Source: Glycera tridactyla | Lineage: Eukaryota | Direction of reading: 5' to 3' | Assembly (NCBI GenBank): GCA_965644265.1 | Contig: OZ286474.1 | Coordinates: 38,936,001-38,969,000 of the forward strand | DNA length: 33,000 bases | Part shown: piece after piece, positions 1 to 12,454 of the stretch | Position numbering within the stretch: position 1 is the stretch's first letter | Layout of the letters: every line of letters begins with the position of its first letter | Made by a program: the position numbers and the translations under genes | The notes under the pieces: generated by a model | The model's input: only the letters and a program-made list of their open reading frames with translations | The model's database searches: none | What the model was told of the DNA's origin: nothing

Positions 1-63
1 CAAGTTCAAGGGAACACATGTAACATTTGGACAGTCAACTTCAAGATCTGGGCATGGAGAGAT

Positions 64-780
64 TTCTTGATATACTGATAAAATGAATTACTTCTATATC
101 ATTGTGTACGATTTTTTGGGTGATTTCCCAAACCGCTATGCAAGCACTACTGGCCACTTGTAAAGGGCAATTCATCTGGTTGTCAGGGCTACCTTGCTCA
201 CCAAGTGAACACCGAATAAAACTGCAATATTTATGGATATTCCTGACAAAAATGGGAGATAAAAATAGCAATACACCCCATCATCAGATCTATATTTAGC
301 AGCGGTTATCTGTTATTTATAACTGGATATAAACATACAAGGCGAACCATCAGCCTGTATCACCAAACAAATCGCTCTCGGCCTCTCACCTACTCAATGA
401 GCAATTCATTTACCCGGCAAGCACCCTTCGCCACGTGTCCACTTTGCTCAACTGCTTGCCAGCGCATCGGAGCATCACACATACTTGTGTCCACAAATCA
501 CAGGTACACGACTCCCACATTTGTCCACCTCACATGGTGGACAAAAATGGATATGGTGCACCATTTGTATGTGTGAAAAAGTGGATGGGATACACCATGT
601 GATAAGCTTGGAGGCATTACTCCTCATGGTTGAACACAGGTTATCTCTTGCATTTATTTTCCCAATGATTACCACCCAGCTGCCGTGATGTATTCCGCTC
701 ACTTATGTCCAAGGTCAATTGCTCACTTCAAGCATTTTTTCCTGAACACTTCATCATTCCTTCACAAATATACCTGCAAT
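64..780 (+). mobile_element. Heavily decayed LINE (L2/CR1-like) ORF2 remnant, RT to C-terminal region
   Basis: Frameshifted motifs occur in the expected order: FLIY-D (YADD-like, 64-80), SQTAMQALLATC (126-160), QVNTE/KTAIFM (LN..KT-like), HKSQVH and ME-YGAPFV (547-570; YK.QVRP.MEY..W-like), LEALLLMVEHR. Many stops and indels. Confidence 0.4.
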
Positions 781-861
781 CGGCAAGCATCTGTCTAGAA
801 TAATTCATATTATACCCCATCATTTTCTACAATCCGTACTTTATGTTAGCTTTTTATCAAC

Positions 862-1010
862 AGATCCAATATTCCTAAATATGGTCCACTGATCCTGATA
901 GCAAGTACCATATTCTGCATAATCAGCATCTCGGAGCACTTGCTAATTCATCAAGAGGCAAACCTACGCCATCAGTTGGTGAATTATCAGAAATCATTCA
1001 GTAAATGTAT
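862..1010 (-). mobile_element. Decayed LINE RT fragment
   Basis: The minus strand gives IY-NDF..SPTDGVGLPLDELAS, then ML-YA(E)-MVLA (YADD-like) and PYLGILD (KYLG-like), with indels. Confidence 0.35.
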
Positions 1011-1485
1011 TTTTCCAGTTACATTTGGGATGATGATTTTTTGCTGAATGCAGATCGAATAAAGAGCGGTGTCTTGGTATCTGTATTTTCACACCCTCTC
1101 ACTTTAACAAGTCAATCGTGAGTTTTTCTTGATCAGCCCGAGAAATAAAGAAATATGAAACTCACAGTAGAAATTCTTGCATATCTTATCCATGGGCGCT
1201 GCCCTGTTGGATCTGCCTCCTTGCTGATACAGATAGAGTGGAAGGGGGGAGGGGGGAATGAGGGTCATGCCCCAATTAGGGAAAATTTGGTAAATTCTTA
1301 AAGGGTTGTTATCAAGTGAGCAATGGAGAGAAATCAAGGACACAACCAAATTTTCAAGATTCAAGGCTCTCTGGCATAAGTGTAGTCCCCTGTGGCTCCT
1401 GAATTAGGAACATCATGGGCTCTAGCTCAATTATCAATCCATAATCATGGTGAATCAAAGGCCTGCTGACCCATAGTAGCAGATA

Positions 1486-1685
1486 CAGTAAAAGCTGCGA
1501 TGAGAGACTGAAAAGCAGATAAAGTAAAGGCTGCGAATAGAGATAGAAAAGCAATCTCTCAAAAGAGGTAGTCTCTCGTCGATGGTGGTGTATGTGACTT
1601 TGCCAATTAGAAAAGCTGCCCTTGAAAGGCAGTCTCCAATCAGAGGTGGTCTCATGACAAGGGTCTCTCATCGCAGCTCTCACTG
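1486..1685 (+). mobile_element. pogo/Tigger-like MITE, family A (GAGACC/GGTCTC motifs), degenerate
   Basis: Ends CAGTAAAAGCTGCG...CGCAGCTCTCACTG. Interior is homologous to 7394-7571 and 17331-17507. Confidence 0.75.
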
Positions 1686-2058
1686 CATTGGGATCACAAA
1701 CAGGCTAAAGGTCTGCAACAATGCTTAGGATACTTGGATTGTGAGATATTTTTTAACAGATATCCATCTGTGTTATGAACTTTAGAAAAGATAGAATACT
1801 ATTAAAGTTAGAGCAGGATCGGTGCTTCAATCATTGACTTTGGTTGGCAGAGCTATCCTTGGCCTTTCCCAAAAGAGCACCGTAAGTAGATTTCTTCAGC
1901 TATCAGACTTCAGTGCCACAGATAGAGTTTGCAAGCCTCTCTGCTTGGTGTGATTTGTTGGTGCCGTTTGACAAGCTCATTAGTCACTTATGAATACATA
2001 CTAATTGGAAGCTGTAGCTTATTATTTCACTGACAAACCATTCTTCATTACTCTGCTA

Positions 2059-2455
2059 TAGTGAAACCTGGAACGTGCGGCTCCAGACAAAGAGACCACG
2101 ATGGGAGAAAAGAAATTTGGGGTGTCAAAATCCAAGGCTGCAGTGACAATAATATGAGACCACAAAAGATGAACCTCCTTTGAGAGACCACTTCTCCACT
2201 GCGTCTCTTATGTTTACCATCGCCAAAAATACAGTCAGACCTGTCTAAGAAGATCACATTTGGTTACACCAAAAAGTGGTCTCTATAGACAGGTGGTCTT
2301 TGAAGAGAGGTCATTTACTGTTGAAAAGACTATCATGGTGGCAGCTCAGGGTGGTCTTTATAGAGAAGTGGTCTTTGGAGCACGTTCTACTGTACCTCAG
2401 ATAAGAGACCAACTCTTTTGAAAGCCCATGTCTTTTGTGACAATCAGGGCACTCC
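2059..2455 (-). mobile_element. Degenerate family A MITE interrupted by a family B MITE
   Basis: Starts TAGTGAAACCTG. After the nested element it resumes CCTCAGATAAGAGACCAACTCTTTTGA, matching AAATATACCTCCGATGAGAGACCACCTCTTTTGA of the copy at 11579-11754. Confidence 0.6.
2232..2392 (+). mobile_element. pogo-like MITE, family B (AAGACC/GGTCTT motifs), nested
   Basis: TA|CAGTCAGACCT...GTTCTACTG|TA. Homologous to 14972-15151 and 17510-17670. Confidence 0.8.
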
Positions 2456-2989
2456 TGATGCGAGTGGTCCTATTCTCTCATGATGTGGGATATAAACAAA
2501 TGCACTTATATTCAACAGAGGAAAACATGTCCTCTGCATGAAAGCTTCTCATTCACAATATTGCCAACCTACATGCCTTGTCACCCAAGAACAACAGATT
2601 AATGGGTGTCTCGTGGTAACAGTGTAAGCAGCACTTGCAAACTCACTGAAAAATTGATGGCGTATAAAGTGTGAACAAAGCGATGATAATCATCAATTAT
2701 TTGCCAATCAACTCCTCTTACGCACTGATGCAGATACCTAAAAAGAATACATTCATGATAAAATAAAGATTCATTCACATTTTGATGCCATCTTGTACAT
2801 TAGTACATCACCATCTTTATGACCTGAAGTTTACATCCAATTTGAATCTACCTAATGGTGCTTGCGAGATAATCTGCAATCTATTGCGATAACAGATGCT
2901 TTCCTTAATGGTTTTCTCAAATGTTTAAAGTGAGGAGAGCCCATAACTGAAGGCCTGAATTACCCTGGCAGTTTAAATTCAGATTACAT

Positions 2990-3490
2990 CACTGCTGATT
3001 GGCTAAGTGCAATCACATGGTACTGTGGGAAGAGCCAATGATGAGGCACCTCTCCATGTGAGATGTCAAGAATCACAAACGAGCTCACACACTATCTTCA
3101 CACTCCTTGACCGCATGCACTTGAATACTCTTCAATCACACCAATCTTGTTGATTTCCCATGGTTTTGGGGCTGATATCTGTGAAATGCTATTAGTAGAA
3201 GTGGGAATGACGTGTCTTTGTTGCTGACCATGACCTTTTGTCTTCATTGCTCATGCTGATTGAACATTTGAAGGGCATCCAAGGACTGCATCTCTGGAAG
3301 TAATGAATCCTAGGGTATCAGGCTATGGCAACATTGGCACTCTTCTAGGAACCTATTTGTGGGCTTCAATATCACTTTGATATCAAATTTCTTGTGAGAA
3401 TGTTTTGTACATTTGCAACACATCGCAAGCTATGGGTAAAGAATCATCAATAGATGAATTAATTCACTAGTCATGTGACAATCAGCAGTG
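2990..3490. mobile_element. Non-autonomous DNA transposon, EnSpm/CACTA-like
   Basis: Perfect 12-bp TIR CACTGCTGATTG (2990-3001) / CAATCAGCAGTG (3479-3490), with AT on both flanks. 501 bp, no ORF. Confidence 0.55.
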
Positions 3491-3780
3491 ATCAACGCAT
3501 TCCTCATGAGCTGAGGAAGGGGTGAGGATGCTTTACCTTGAAAACTACTCAACAACGTGTCACCATCCTTTATGTTACGAGATTGTCTTCTCCACATGTT
3601 GACCGACAGTCTTCACAAAAAACTTTTCAGCCACTCTCCCATTGGGAGAGCAGATTGGGAGAATCACTATCCCGAAAATGAATTCACTCTCCCGAATTTT
3701 TGTAAGTTCCACTAATATATATTTTCCTGAGGTTAGTTCTTCAGAATCATACATGTGCAGGCAAATGCAAAGCCTACTCA

Positions 3781-3835
3781 CAGATTCAAACTGATACTTA
3801 ACTGATTCAAATGATACTTAACTGATTCAAATGAT
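3781..3835. repeat. Minisatellite, ~20-bp unit (ACTGATTCAAATGATACTTA), about 2.7 copies
   Basis: Directly visible tandem copies. Confidence 0.85.
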
Positions 3836-4580
3836 GCACACTATCATGTGAGTAAATCTTCCAGATGGTGTTATCTATGTATTTATCTACCATTCACACA
3901 TTAGTCACACTGAACAAAAACTAGTAAACCATCAGAGACTCTCATGGGACTAATCAGAACTTTCACACGGGCTTCAGACTTTGTTAACAGATAGAGTATC
4001 AGACATCCACAAACCTTCTCCACTAAGCCAAGATAATACCCAAACCATTTATTCATGGTAAGCAGCAAGAATGCATGGAGATTTGTGTAAAATGAATCAT
4101 ATCCCTCTTGGTGGTCCCGTCATGTGATCTCACAACACCCAGATCATGCAAATATGAGGGGACTATTTTAAGGTCAGAATTCACGGTAATCACAGTGAAA
4201 GGATTCTTTCGTAGTAGCTTTCAAAATGCAACTGCATTCTTTCATCAGCTACGGGCTACTGCATATTTGCTGTTGCTGGATCACGTGAAGTTGGGATCAG
4301 ATTGCATGATCTTAAAGATGTCCCGATAGATAGTGGGGAGGCTATTTTGTATGAGCGATGACACTTGGGAAATGCCACATTTTTCAGTAATCAGCACCAA
4401 AAATGCAACTCAGAACATGATCAATTCTGAGCCAACAGAGGTCATAGAGACACCCACACATTCAATCACTCTGCTGACAGGTCCTCATCTGGAGGGCTTC
4501 CTATGATTATGACAGGCCATTTCACCTGTTGTGGAAGACTAGCAAACCAAGTCAATGCACTTCCTACAACCTTCAAATGG

Positions 4581-4769
4581 GTCACAGGGCTCTACGTTGC
4601 TACCTGTGGGTAGCCAATGGCTACAAAATTTACCCTCTACCTACCATATTTCAAAAGTTAGGAGCTAGCTGCCCCAATATATTTTGAGAGGTTGTAACTG
4701 GCAATGAGTTGAGTGGCTACCAGAATTGTGCACTGGCTACCGAAAATTTCAACGTAGGAGCCAGGTGAC
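4581..4769. mobile_element. Small TIR element with internal GGCTAC/GTAGCC motifs
   Basis: GTCACAGGGCTCTACGTTG at the left versus CAACGTAGGAGCCAGGTGAC at the right (imperfect inverted repeat). No clear TSD. Confidence 0.55.
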
Positions 4770-4913
4770 TCCCAAATATTTTGGCTAACATAAAGCCATG
4801 GGTCATTAGGTCAAACAAGCATATCTTATGAGTGTGATTTGGATAATTTCAGAGCATGCCATGATAAGTAAGATAATTGTGAACAGCAGAAAATATCACG
4901 AGTATGACTGGAT

Positions 4914-5038
4914 GGTCAATGGGTCTCTCAGTGTCTGTATGGGGGGTGGAGTGTGCCTCTGGCTAGTTGTGTGGTTCCTTTTTGGGAGTAGTCCACATAG
5001 CTCAGCATGCAAGACTGCTTGCTCCTAAACAGGCTAGG
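4914..5038 (+). repeat. Dispersed ~125-bp repeat, copy 1 (partner at 12328-12454, minus strand)
   Basis: About 75-80% identity by manual alignment with the reverse complement of 12328-12454. Confidence 0.85.
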
Positions 5039-5598
5039 CTTTTGGTCCTACCTAGTGGACACATAAGGGGCCAGATTATTATGATGAAAGAACAGCTGCC
5101 ATCGAGGGTGTTTATCACAAGTAGGTGGATATGATGCAAGGAGACAGAATATACTCTGTATCATATGTTGGAAAAACCAGTCTCAAACTAATGAATACTT
5201 GAACGAAAGATAACTAAATCCCAAAATAATCCCATTTATGGAACCAATTAGCCTCTATAATTGTCATCAAATGGAAACCGCTCACCAAATTCGAAGAAAT
5301 GTCATTGTGCTCCGATGCCTTTCAGGCACTAGATGAATATGCAAACAACTAAGGTGTGGTTGCCTGAAGTCAAATATGTACCTTATTTCAGTGCTATTCT
5401 CTACCATGCCTGGTTGAATAAACACTTTGTGTGGCTGAATTTCCAGGGCTCATGTTTAACTTTCTCTGTAACTGGCAAAGATTAACCACTGATTTTATTC
5501 TTCCTGCAAAAATAGAACTCTACTGGCAGAATAATTCTAACCTGAAATTGCAATATGATTATCATGTATTCAGTGCGCAGATAGAATAGTAACAGTAT

Positions 5599-5925
5599 CA
5601 GTGTCCAAACTAGAAATTGACTTCAGAGAGTGAAACACCCCTCTTTCTGAAAAATCAGGGATTTTTCAGGAAAACAGGGGCAGCCTGAAGGGAGGGGATT
5701 TTTTCCAAGCAATGCCATGATGTTTAACAAAAATGAAAGAAATGAGCTTGGTTGTGTGGCCAGGTGAAAACATCTACCTGGAAACAGAATTGAAGATTTT
5801 TTTTTTTAAATGCATCAATCAGGCTTTCTGATGGGGTGAAATGCACCTCTCCATCCAGACACAAGGGGCGTCCTGCCAGGTCCATCGGGCCATTCCTTCC
5901 AATGCCCCCTCTGGATTAGACACTG
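5599..5925. mobile_element. hAT-like non-autonomous element
   Basis: TIR CAGTGTCCAAAC / GATTAGACACTG (10/12). Flanks CAGTAT / AAGTAT. Confidence 0.55.
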
Positions 5926-6097
5926 AAGTATTGGGTCCATACAAAGAATAGATATCCATGTGAATTATCTAGATTGTTGGTCTCATATAATATACAATCA
6001 TGATATACAATCATGAAATATAAACTTTGAGTCTGGTGGCCATGCTACATCTCAATATTAGACAAGTACCTAATGATCTATCCCTTGGAACATCAAA

Positions 6098-6293
6098 GAT
6101 TGATTAATAGATTGAATGGTTTATGTTTAACGGCATGTATCAACCCAAAGGATTATGTATGCTGTGAATTCCTCGTCAAATGTTCTGTCCTCTGCAGGCA
6201 TCACTTACACAAAACCCTGAACACAAGATGATGGGAAACCTGAAAGGTTGTCGAGTGAAGTAGCTGCCAGTTCAGACACACCTCTACCTACTC
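6098..6293 (-). mobile_element. 5'-truncated non-LTR retroelement (SINE or LINE 3' end), family R
   Basis: Shares GGCATGTATCAACCC..CTGCAGGCATCAC..AAACCCTGAACACAAGATGATGGG..GAAGTAGCTG..CAGACACACC with other copies. (TTGA)-type tail at the low-coordinate end. Confidence 0.8.
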
Positions 6294-7114
6294 TTCATGT
6301 TATGACAATATTGATACAGTTGAACCTGTGATGCATGACACACTGATGGGACACTATCTGTCTAGAGACAACTTTAAATAAGCCACTCCTCTATAGCATA
6401 ATCATATATACATTCAATGTGACCATCCTTCTCAGAATACTGTTACTTGTCATTCAGTGAGGTCTCTTATTACAGACTATTCAGTATTTGATAAATTGAG
6501 AGAATTTCACATGAATGGCATCAGAAAAACACTACTGACAGAATTTTGCTGGCACTAACATGATACACTAGAGGTTTGCTGACAGTGATTGCAGTTTCCC
6601 AGCTTTGCGAGTTCAAATTTCAGTTCCCCATCTCCGTCTTGAATCTGAGTTTGAGATTTTCCATACATCAAACCTTTTTTTTTCAATTTTGAATGAGTGC
6701 AGAGATATTTCTACCTCTACATACAGCGGCAACTCAAATATATATGAGCTATTCAACCACAGTTATCATTTTGACCGCATAGCTTTTTAGTCCTGCTTCA
6801 CCGAAACAATTACTAGCGTTTGTATATGAGGTCATGATTATCGGCGTTTGTCAAGAGACAAAGTTATGCTCGGATGCAACCTGTCCACTTCCTCACTCCT
6901 TGGATGGCTACTGCAATGAGGCACTGGATGTCACTGAACGGACATTCTCATTCGTTTTTTATTTGCAGACCCTGGATAGAGTGACGTCATGAACGTGTCA
7001 TCTCCTTGTTAGCTTACTTAACACTGTCATTTCTTGACAGGATTTAAAAGTATATGCTCCCTAATGAAGTTCATAATTGTCATGGTCAGACAATTGAGTG
7101 AATAACTCTTAGTA

Positions 7115-7286
7115 TAGTAAAACCCAAGACCGCCCCAAATGCCATCAAAATGTGGTCTCTCAAGACAGGTGGTCTCTCAAGACAGGTGGTCTCTCATTTG
7201 AGGTATATTTGGCTATATCAAATAGAGAAGAGCCGATGAAGAGCGGTCTCCCATTAGAGGGTGGTCTCCCAAGACAGGTTTCACTG
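7115..7286 (+). mobile_element. Family A MITE with internal 17-bp tandem (GGTGGTCTCTCAAGACA)
   Basis: TA|TAGTAAAACC...GGTTTCACTG|TA. Confidence 0.8.
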
Positions 7287-7393
7287 TACTGAAATGTTCA
7301 GCTAAATGTTGCCAGTGTTACTGCTTTCTGTATGACATCTGAAATCACATGACATGAGTAGTATGTCTAGATTGACATGAACGCATGTTCATG

Positions 7394-7571
7394 CAGTGAA
7401 ACCTGTGATGAGAGACCACACTGAATGTCACCAAAAAGCGGTCTCTCAAAGAGAGGTGGTCTCTTGTCGGGGGTATATTTGACTATGTCAAATAGAAAAG
7501 CTGCCTTGGAAAAGCAGTCTCCCATCGGAGGTGGTCTCTGACCAGGGGGTCTCTCATCGCAGGTTTTACTG
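7394..7571 (+). mobile_element. Family A MITE
   Basis: CAGTGAAACCTGTGATGAGAGACC...GGTCTCTCATCGCAGGTTTTACTG|TA, ~24-bp TIR. Confidence 0.9.
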
Positions 7572-7720
7572 TAGTATATATATTGATGCCACTTTCACAG
7601 GTGACCAGACTAGGTACTTTGCAACTAATAAAATGAGGTCACATGACCTACGAGTGAATACAGAAATTTATATTAAACATGTGAAATACTGTAAGAAATA
7701 CACAACAACTTTGCATAGGA

Positions 7721-8192
7721 TTTGTTTGTTTGAGGCTTAACGGCATGTATCAACCCACAGGATTATGTATGTCGTGTGTTCCTGGTTAATGAAAGCTAGA
7801 TGGTCTCTCCCCTGCAGACATCACTCTCACAAACCCTGAACACAAGATGATGGGGAACTCCCTGAGAGGTTGTCAAGTGGAAGTAGCTGATGGTTCAGAC
7901 ACACCCCTACCAACTCTAACTCTACAAAAAAGACATATTGAACCTGATGATGGAACATCTAACTAAGTAACTGGCTGGAAACTAACACTCAAGCCTGATA
8001 GCTATGCTTTTTTTTACGCAAAGCGCAGTACTTGAAACAAGGAAAAGCATTAGGTTTGGAGAATACTCAAACAATGTCTTCAATTACGAACTGTCAACTT
8101 CAAACCAGCTTTACAATCATGGCTTGCCCTATGCTTGCAGTACAATGCCATCACACAACCCAGTAAACCTAGTCGCAGCCCTAGTAACCCAG
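7721..8192 (-). mobile_element. Family R retroelement, longest copy (~470 bp)
   Basis: (TTTG)n tail. Collinear homology with 30795-31230 over its whole length. Confidence 0.85.
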
Positions 8193-8543
8193 AACTGGTG
8201 TGCCCGCGTTTTGCATAGTGACAATATCTGCTAGAGGCAAACCATCAGCTACCTGCACCTGAGACCATTTCACTGAAGAAATAAGAAATAGCTTAGAGGG
8301 ATAGGAAAGAGGTCAAGAAAAAGAAATCTGGTGATAGTGCAATTTTGGTAGAAAATGCCTAAAGATAGATGATAGAAAATTTTGAAGGTACATGTATGTT
8401 TTCATTCAACCCCCCATTCCAAAACCCACCTTCATTCACCTGTGACTAAGCAGATCAGATGACAAATAATCAGAAAGTATCCCACACAACTAGCAACATC
8501 CAAAATTCATCCTGCGCAGGAGCAGGAGTAGTTTCAACAGCCA

Positions 8544-8880
8544 CAGGGTTCCCTCTATAGATCAGCGCTTTAGCTATAGCTAATCTGTAAGTCAAATGCT
8601 AAAGAAAAATTGAATTTGCTTGAATGATTTTCAATCCTGATGGCAAGAAGGTGGTGGTAGGGGTATATTGTGAAGAATTTTTCATTAATTTCATTCGATT
8701 TCATTAGAGAAATCCAATAGAAATTGTTTTGTAATAACAATGCCAGTGATTTACCATTTAGGTGAGCTGATTCAATGAGATGCTTTCTGATTCCAACATA
8801 GTGCTTACTGAATTGCTAAAATTATTTCCATTTCGCTAAAATCATTCGCTAAAAGCTTTTTCTTGCTAGAGGGAACCCAG
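8544..8880. mobile_element. CAGGG-ended non-autonomous DNA transposon (hAT-like)
   Basis: TIR CAGGGTTCCCTCTA / TAGAGGGAACCCAG (13/14), with subterminal GCTAAA motifs. No TSD seen. Confidence 0.65.
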
Positions 8881-9129
8881 GGTCAATGACTACACAAATA
8901 GTAGCTCAGGTGGGGTATTAATCCAAGTCAAGAGAAAAACCTTAATTGAATGATGGGACTAGGGTTAGAGTAATCAGCAAATGACACTTGTGCCTGCTTG
9001 CAACCAACTAAGGAAGGCGGGCAGCGGCATGATGTGATTTCCGGCGACAACTGATGAGCTTCTATCCTGAGAAAAGCAATGTCTCCAGCCTTCAACGACA
9101 CTCACAAGATTCTACCCCAATCAAAAGTA

Positions 9130-9261
9130 CAGTCAAACCCCTCTGTAAAGGCTGCCTTTGGTCACATCAATAAGTGTTCTACATAGGGAGGTGGTCTTCA
9201 AGAGAGGCCATTTACTGTTGAAAATACTACCACGAGGTGCTCTTTAGAGGAGGTTTGACTG
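9130..9261 (+). mobile_element. Family B MITE, internally deleted
   Basis: TA|CAGTCAAACCCCTCT...AGAGGAGGTTTGACTG|TA. Confidence 0.85.
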
Positions 9262-9399
9262 TACTGCTGACCAGGAGGGGCTTTGTGCAGAAGATTCCTA
9301 ACATGCTAATTGATTGATTGAGTAGGTCATAATGTCTCTTTAACCCAGGCAGGATTATTCGAGACTTCAACATACTGACCAATGACTTGCAGATATTTC

Positions 9400-9500
9400 T
9401 AATCTATGTATCAACCCTAAGTATGATGCAAATGTGTCCCTTGTTTATGGTAGCTAGATGCTTAGTCCTCAGCAGGCACTTTCACAGACCCTGTACACAA
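9400..9500 (-). mobile_element. Degenerate family R fragment
   Basis: TATGTATCAACCC..TGTGTCCCTTG..AGCTAGATG..CAGCAGGCA..ACCCTGTACACAA. Confidence 0.5.
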
Positions 9501-10238
9501 TTTTTTCCCCACCTTGTATAGTTGAAGATGTTGCTGAGAAGCAATAAAACCATCACAAATATATAAAGAAGGTTGCGCCCACAGCAGAGAATATTTTGGT
9601 CCAATGAATATTCAGGAAGGTAGCTGGCTTGCAACGAAAAACTTGAAAAAAAACCTGCAATCCAACAAATCATCCATTCTCAAGTTCTCAACTATGCAGA
9701 CTCCACCAACAGCCAACCAGGGGATCAAATATTTATAAAAGGTCAAAGGTCATCAAAATACCATACACTGTGCTCTATCACCACTTCTCTGGTGTGGGTC
9801 CATGTTTCTTCTCTCTCAATTTAATACTAGAGGTCACGCATCTGTTATGGATCTTCTTCGGCTGTTTTTAGAAGCGTTTCAGTTTAAAGAACAGATCTTG
9901 ATGCATTCACTATTCTGCATTGAAAATTCAAGACATTCTCATATGGACCCAGATCAACATTATAGCAATCTGTGAAGAAAACTGCAAATCAAACATCCAA
10001 CAGATGGATCCACTGGCTGTCTCCGAGGAGCTGTGGATGGAGTTGGACAGAGGTAAAGATTCCTTCAATCTTGGCTGGGCCACCAGGTCTCCCTTCTTCA
10101 GGGGTCTGAAATTTAAAGTGCCTGAAACCCCAACCTGGTATTTCACTGATGACTTGTCCAACTTTGCCTTGGTTGTTCATGGTCCTGCTGGCATTGTCAT
10201 TGTGCCGGATGAGTGTGGTATCATCTTTTCTACTTATA

Positions 10239-10725
10239 CAGTCGACCCTGCACTAACAGCCACTTGTGTATAGCGGCCACTCGCCTATAACGGCCACTCC
10301 CAACAGCGACCATCAAAATTTCACTATAAATTACCTTTCTACAGCGGCCAACCCCTGACTGCGGCCAGCGGCCACAATATTTGACGAATCTTATAAGAGA
10401 ACACTGCTAATAGCGGTCACGAACATGGAGAAAGGCCAATCGACACCATGTTTAATCAGTTTCATTGAGTGCAATTAGCGACGATCCTATTGATAGAACA
10501 AAGAAAACCATGTTGACAGCTGGTAGAGAGGCTAATTTGCGCCGTACCTCGGCTATTGTTAATTTGGCAAAAGATTAGCGGGCGATATTGGGAGTATTTG
10601 GTATGATGTACGTGTGTTCGTGACCAGGCCCAGTTATTCAAATCTCCCTCTCTACAGCAGCCAACCCCCATCAGCGGCCACTTTCATCCGCGACCGTCGA
10701 TGGCCGTTATGAGCAGGTTTGACTG
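10239..10725. mobile_element. pogo-like non-autonomous element, family D (GCGGCC motifs), 487 bp
   Basis: TA|CAGTCGACCCTGC...GCAGGTTTGACTG|TA, with repeated (A/T)GCGGCCAC motifs near both ends. Confidence 0.85.
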
Positions 10726-11578
10726 TAGTTGACCAAACAGAAGAGACATGATTGAAATGTTATGCAGAATATATATCCAACTGATAAGAAGTAAATGTAT
10801 ATGGATTTTATACATGTTGAAGCTATATGTTGAGGGAGTTATCCTGAAACCAAGTCCAGATAATGGCCAGCAGTGAGGGAGAGTTATAAATACACCTGCA
10901 TACCACACACAAACTATCCTACAGGCTTTCATTTGTTTTCTGTGTCTACAAAAGTTGTTGATATTTATCCTAGCTTCATGTAAACCAAATGACATCTCAT
11001 GGTGCTGGGAGGTGTGAGCTTGAATAACATTGCCATCAACTTCCGCTCTGGTTTTCTGTGTTCACTCTGCGTTCAGTCATAGCAACAGTTGATCAAAGTC
11101 CCAAACATAACAAAAGATCAACCTATATAAAAAATCCAAAACTGTGGGATCTCAACATCACCCTGTCTTGAATTTGCCAAATTCATTTGAGACTCTGGCA
11201 ATTGTCGTGGCTAGAATTATTGACTGAACACAGCAAGTTCTTGCTTCTTAATAAAATACACTCAACACTTATATCACTCCTAAGTTTAGGTATACCCATG
11301 GGCGTGGGTTCATTACCAGCTGTCAACATAGAAGTAAGCAAGAAGACATCAAAGAAATAAATAATACATGTTGATGAATAAATATGAAGACAGGCTAGTG
11401 GAAAATCCACTCTCTCTTGACATTTCCTGCCTCTTCCACTTATGTTGGGAGGTATATCATTCAACTCGAGTTCACAAGAAGTGAAACATCACTCAATTAA
11501 TCAACCTCTCATAATGAATATGCCAGAGTGGTAATAGGCAAATTTTTCACATCTTTCTGAACGTGGTGCTCAGTGGTA

Positions 11579-11754
11579 CAGTGAAACCTGTGACGAGAGA
11601 CCCCCGACGAGAAACCACCTCCGATGGGAGACCGCTTTTCCAGGACAGCTTTTCTATTTAACATAGTCAAATATACCTCCGATGAGAGACCACCTCTTTT
11701 GAGAGACCGCTTTCTGGTGACATTTAGGGTGGTCTCTCGTCGCAGGTTTCACTG
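11579..11754 (-). mobile_element. Family A MITE, near-intact (176 bp)
   Basis: TA|CAGTGAAACCTGTGACGAGAGACC...GGTCTCTCGTCGCAGGTTTCACTG|TA, 23/24 TIR. Confidence 0.95.
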
Positions 11755-12327
11755 TATTCATAAAGAAGAGAAACCATCAAGGATGGTCTAGATTTTGCAG
11801 AATTATGAGCCATATGGATATGGAAAGCTACCACAATTCATGTTTCTTGCATATCTCTGTCGTGATTCTTTTTAAGCAGAATCTTTCGTTTCTCAAAAAA
11901 ATCAGCTTACACAAATATTCCATGCTGTACACTACATTTTCTGACAGATAAGAATATATTTTCAGAGCTGCTTTTCACAATTTGTATATTTGTGTCTTTT
12001 GGTTGCTCCTCTCCAAGCTGGAATGTCTTCTGGCAATCCCAGCATTAAAGAAATATTATGCCACACACAATATCACCAGTGTACATGTGATTGGGATGGT
12101 AAATGGAGTAAGAAACTACATACCACCCATTCATCATTTTCCAGCCCATAGATTCTGTTCTTTCTCTTCTCTGATAAGACACAAATGATTTCCATGCTCT
12201 CTGAAGGCAATTTCATCATGATGAAACTGTTTCACAATACACCATTGAAATGTACAAATTACATTATTCAGAAATCTGCTGATTTCTTGAGGATTTGAAA
12301 CTGGGATCTCTAGCATGACTCCAACCA

Positions 12328-12454
12328 CCTAACCTGCAAAGGAGCAAGCTGCCCTGTATGCTGTGCTGAGTGGACCGCTCCAAAAAAGCAGCCACACACC
12401 TCAGCCAAGAGCACACTCCACTCCCCACACAGACACCTAGAGACCCAGTTGACC
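12328..12454 (-). repeat. Dispersed ~125-bp repeat, copy 2
   Basis: Reverse complement aligns with 4914-5038. Confidence 0.85.

Noticed and set aside
1354-1683. ORFs overlapping family A/B/C MITEs (also 17312-17566, 19213-19419, 20709-20944)
   Set aside because: They are translations of repetitive MITE sequence with no transposase motifs.
4250-4500. Minus frame interrupted only by TGA codons (selenoprotein idea)
   Set aside because: There is no CxxU-like motif, start context or recognisable SECIS. TGA is common by chance in CpG-depleted DNA.
6955-7065. Strong-looking splice signals (plus acceptor at 6968, minus donor near 7018)
   Set aside because: All three frames after the acceptor stop within 8 codons. 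The minus candidate is only 43 nt with no recognisable peptide.
7115-7571. CRISPR-like or REP-like array of GGTGGTCTC repeats
   Set aside because: The repeats are internal motifs of TA-flanked MITEs. Spacers are not unique or constant in length, there are no cas genes, and the context is eukaryotic.
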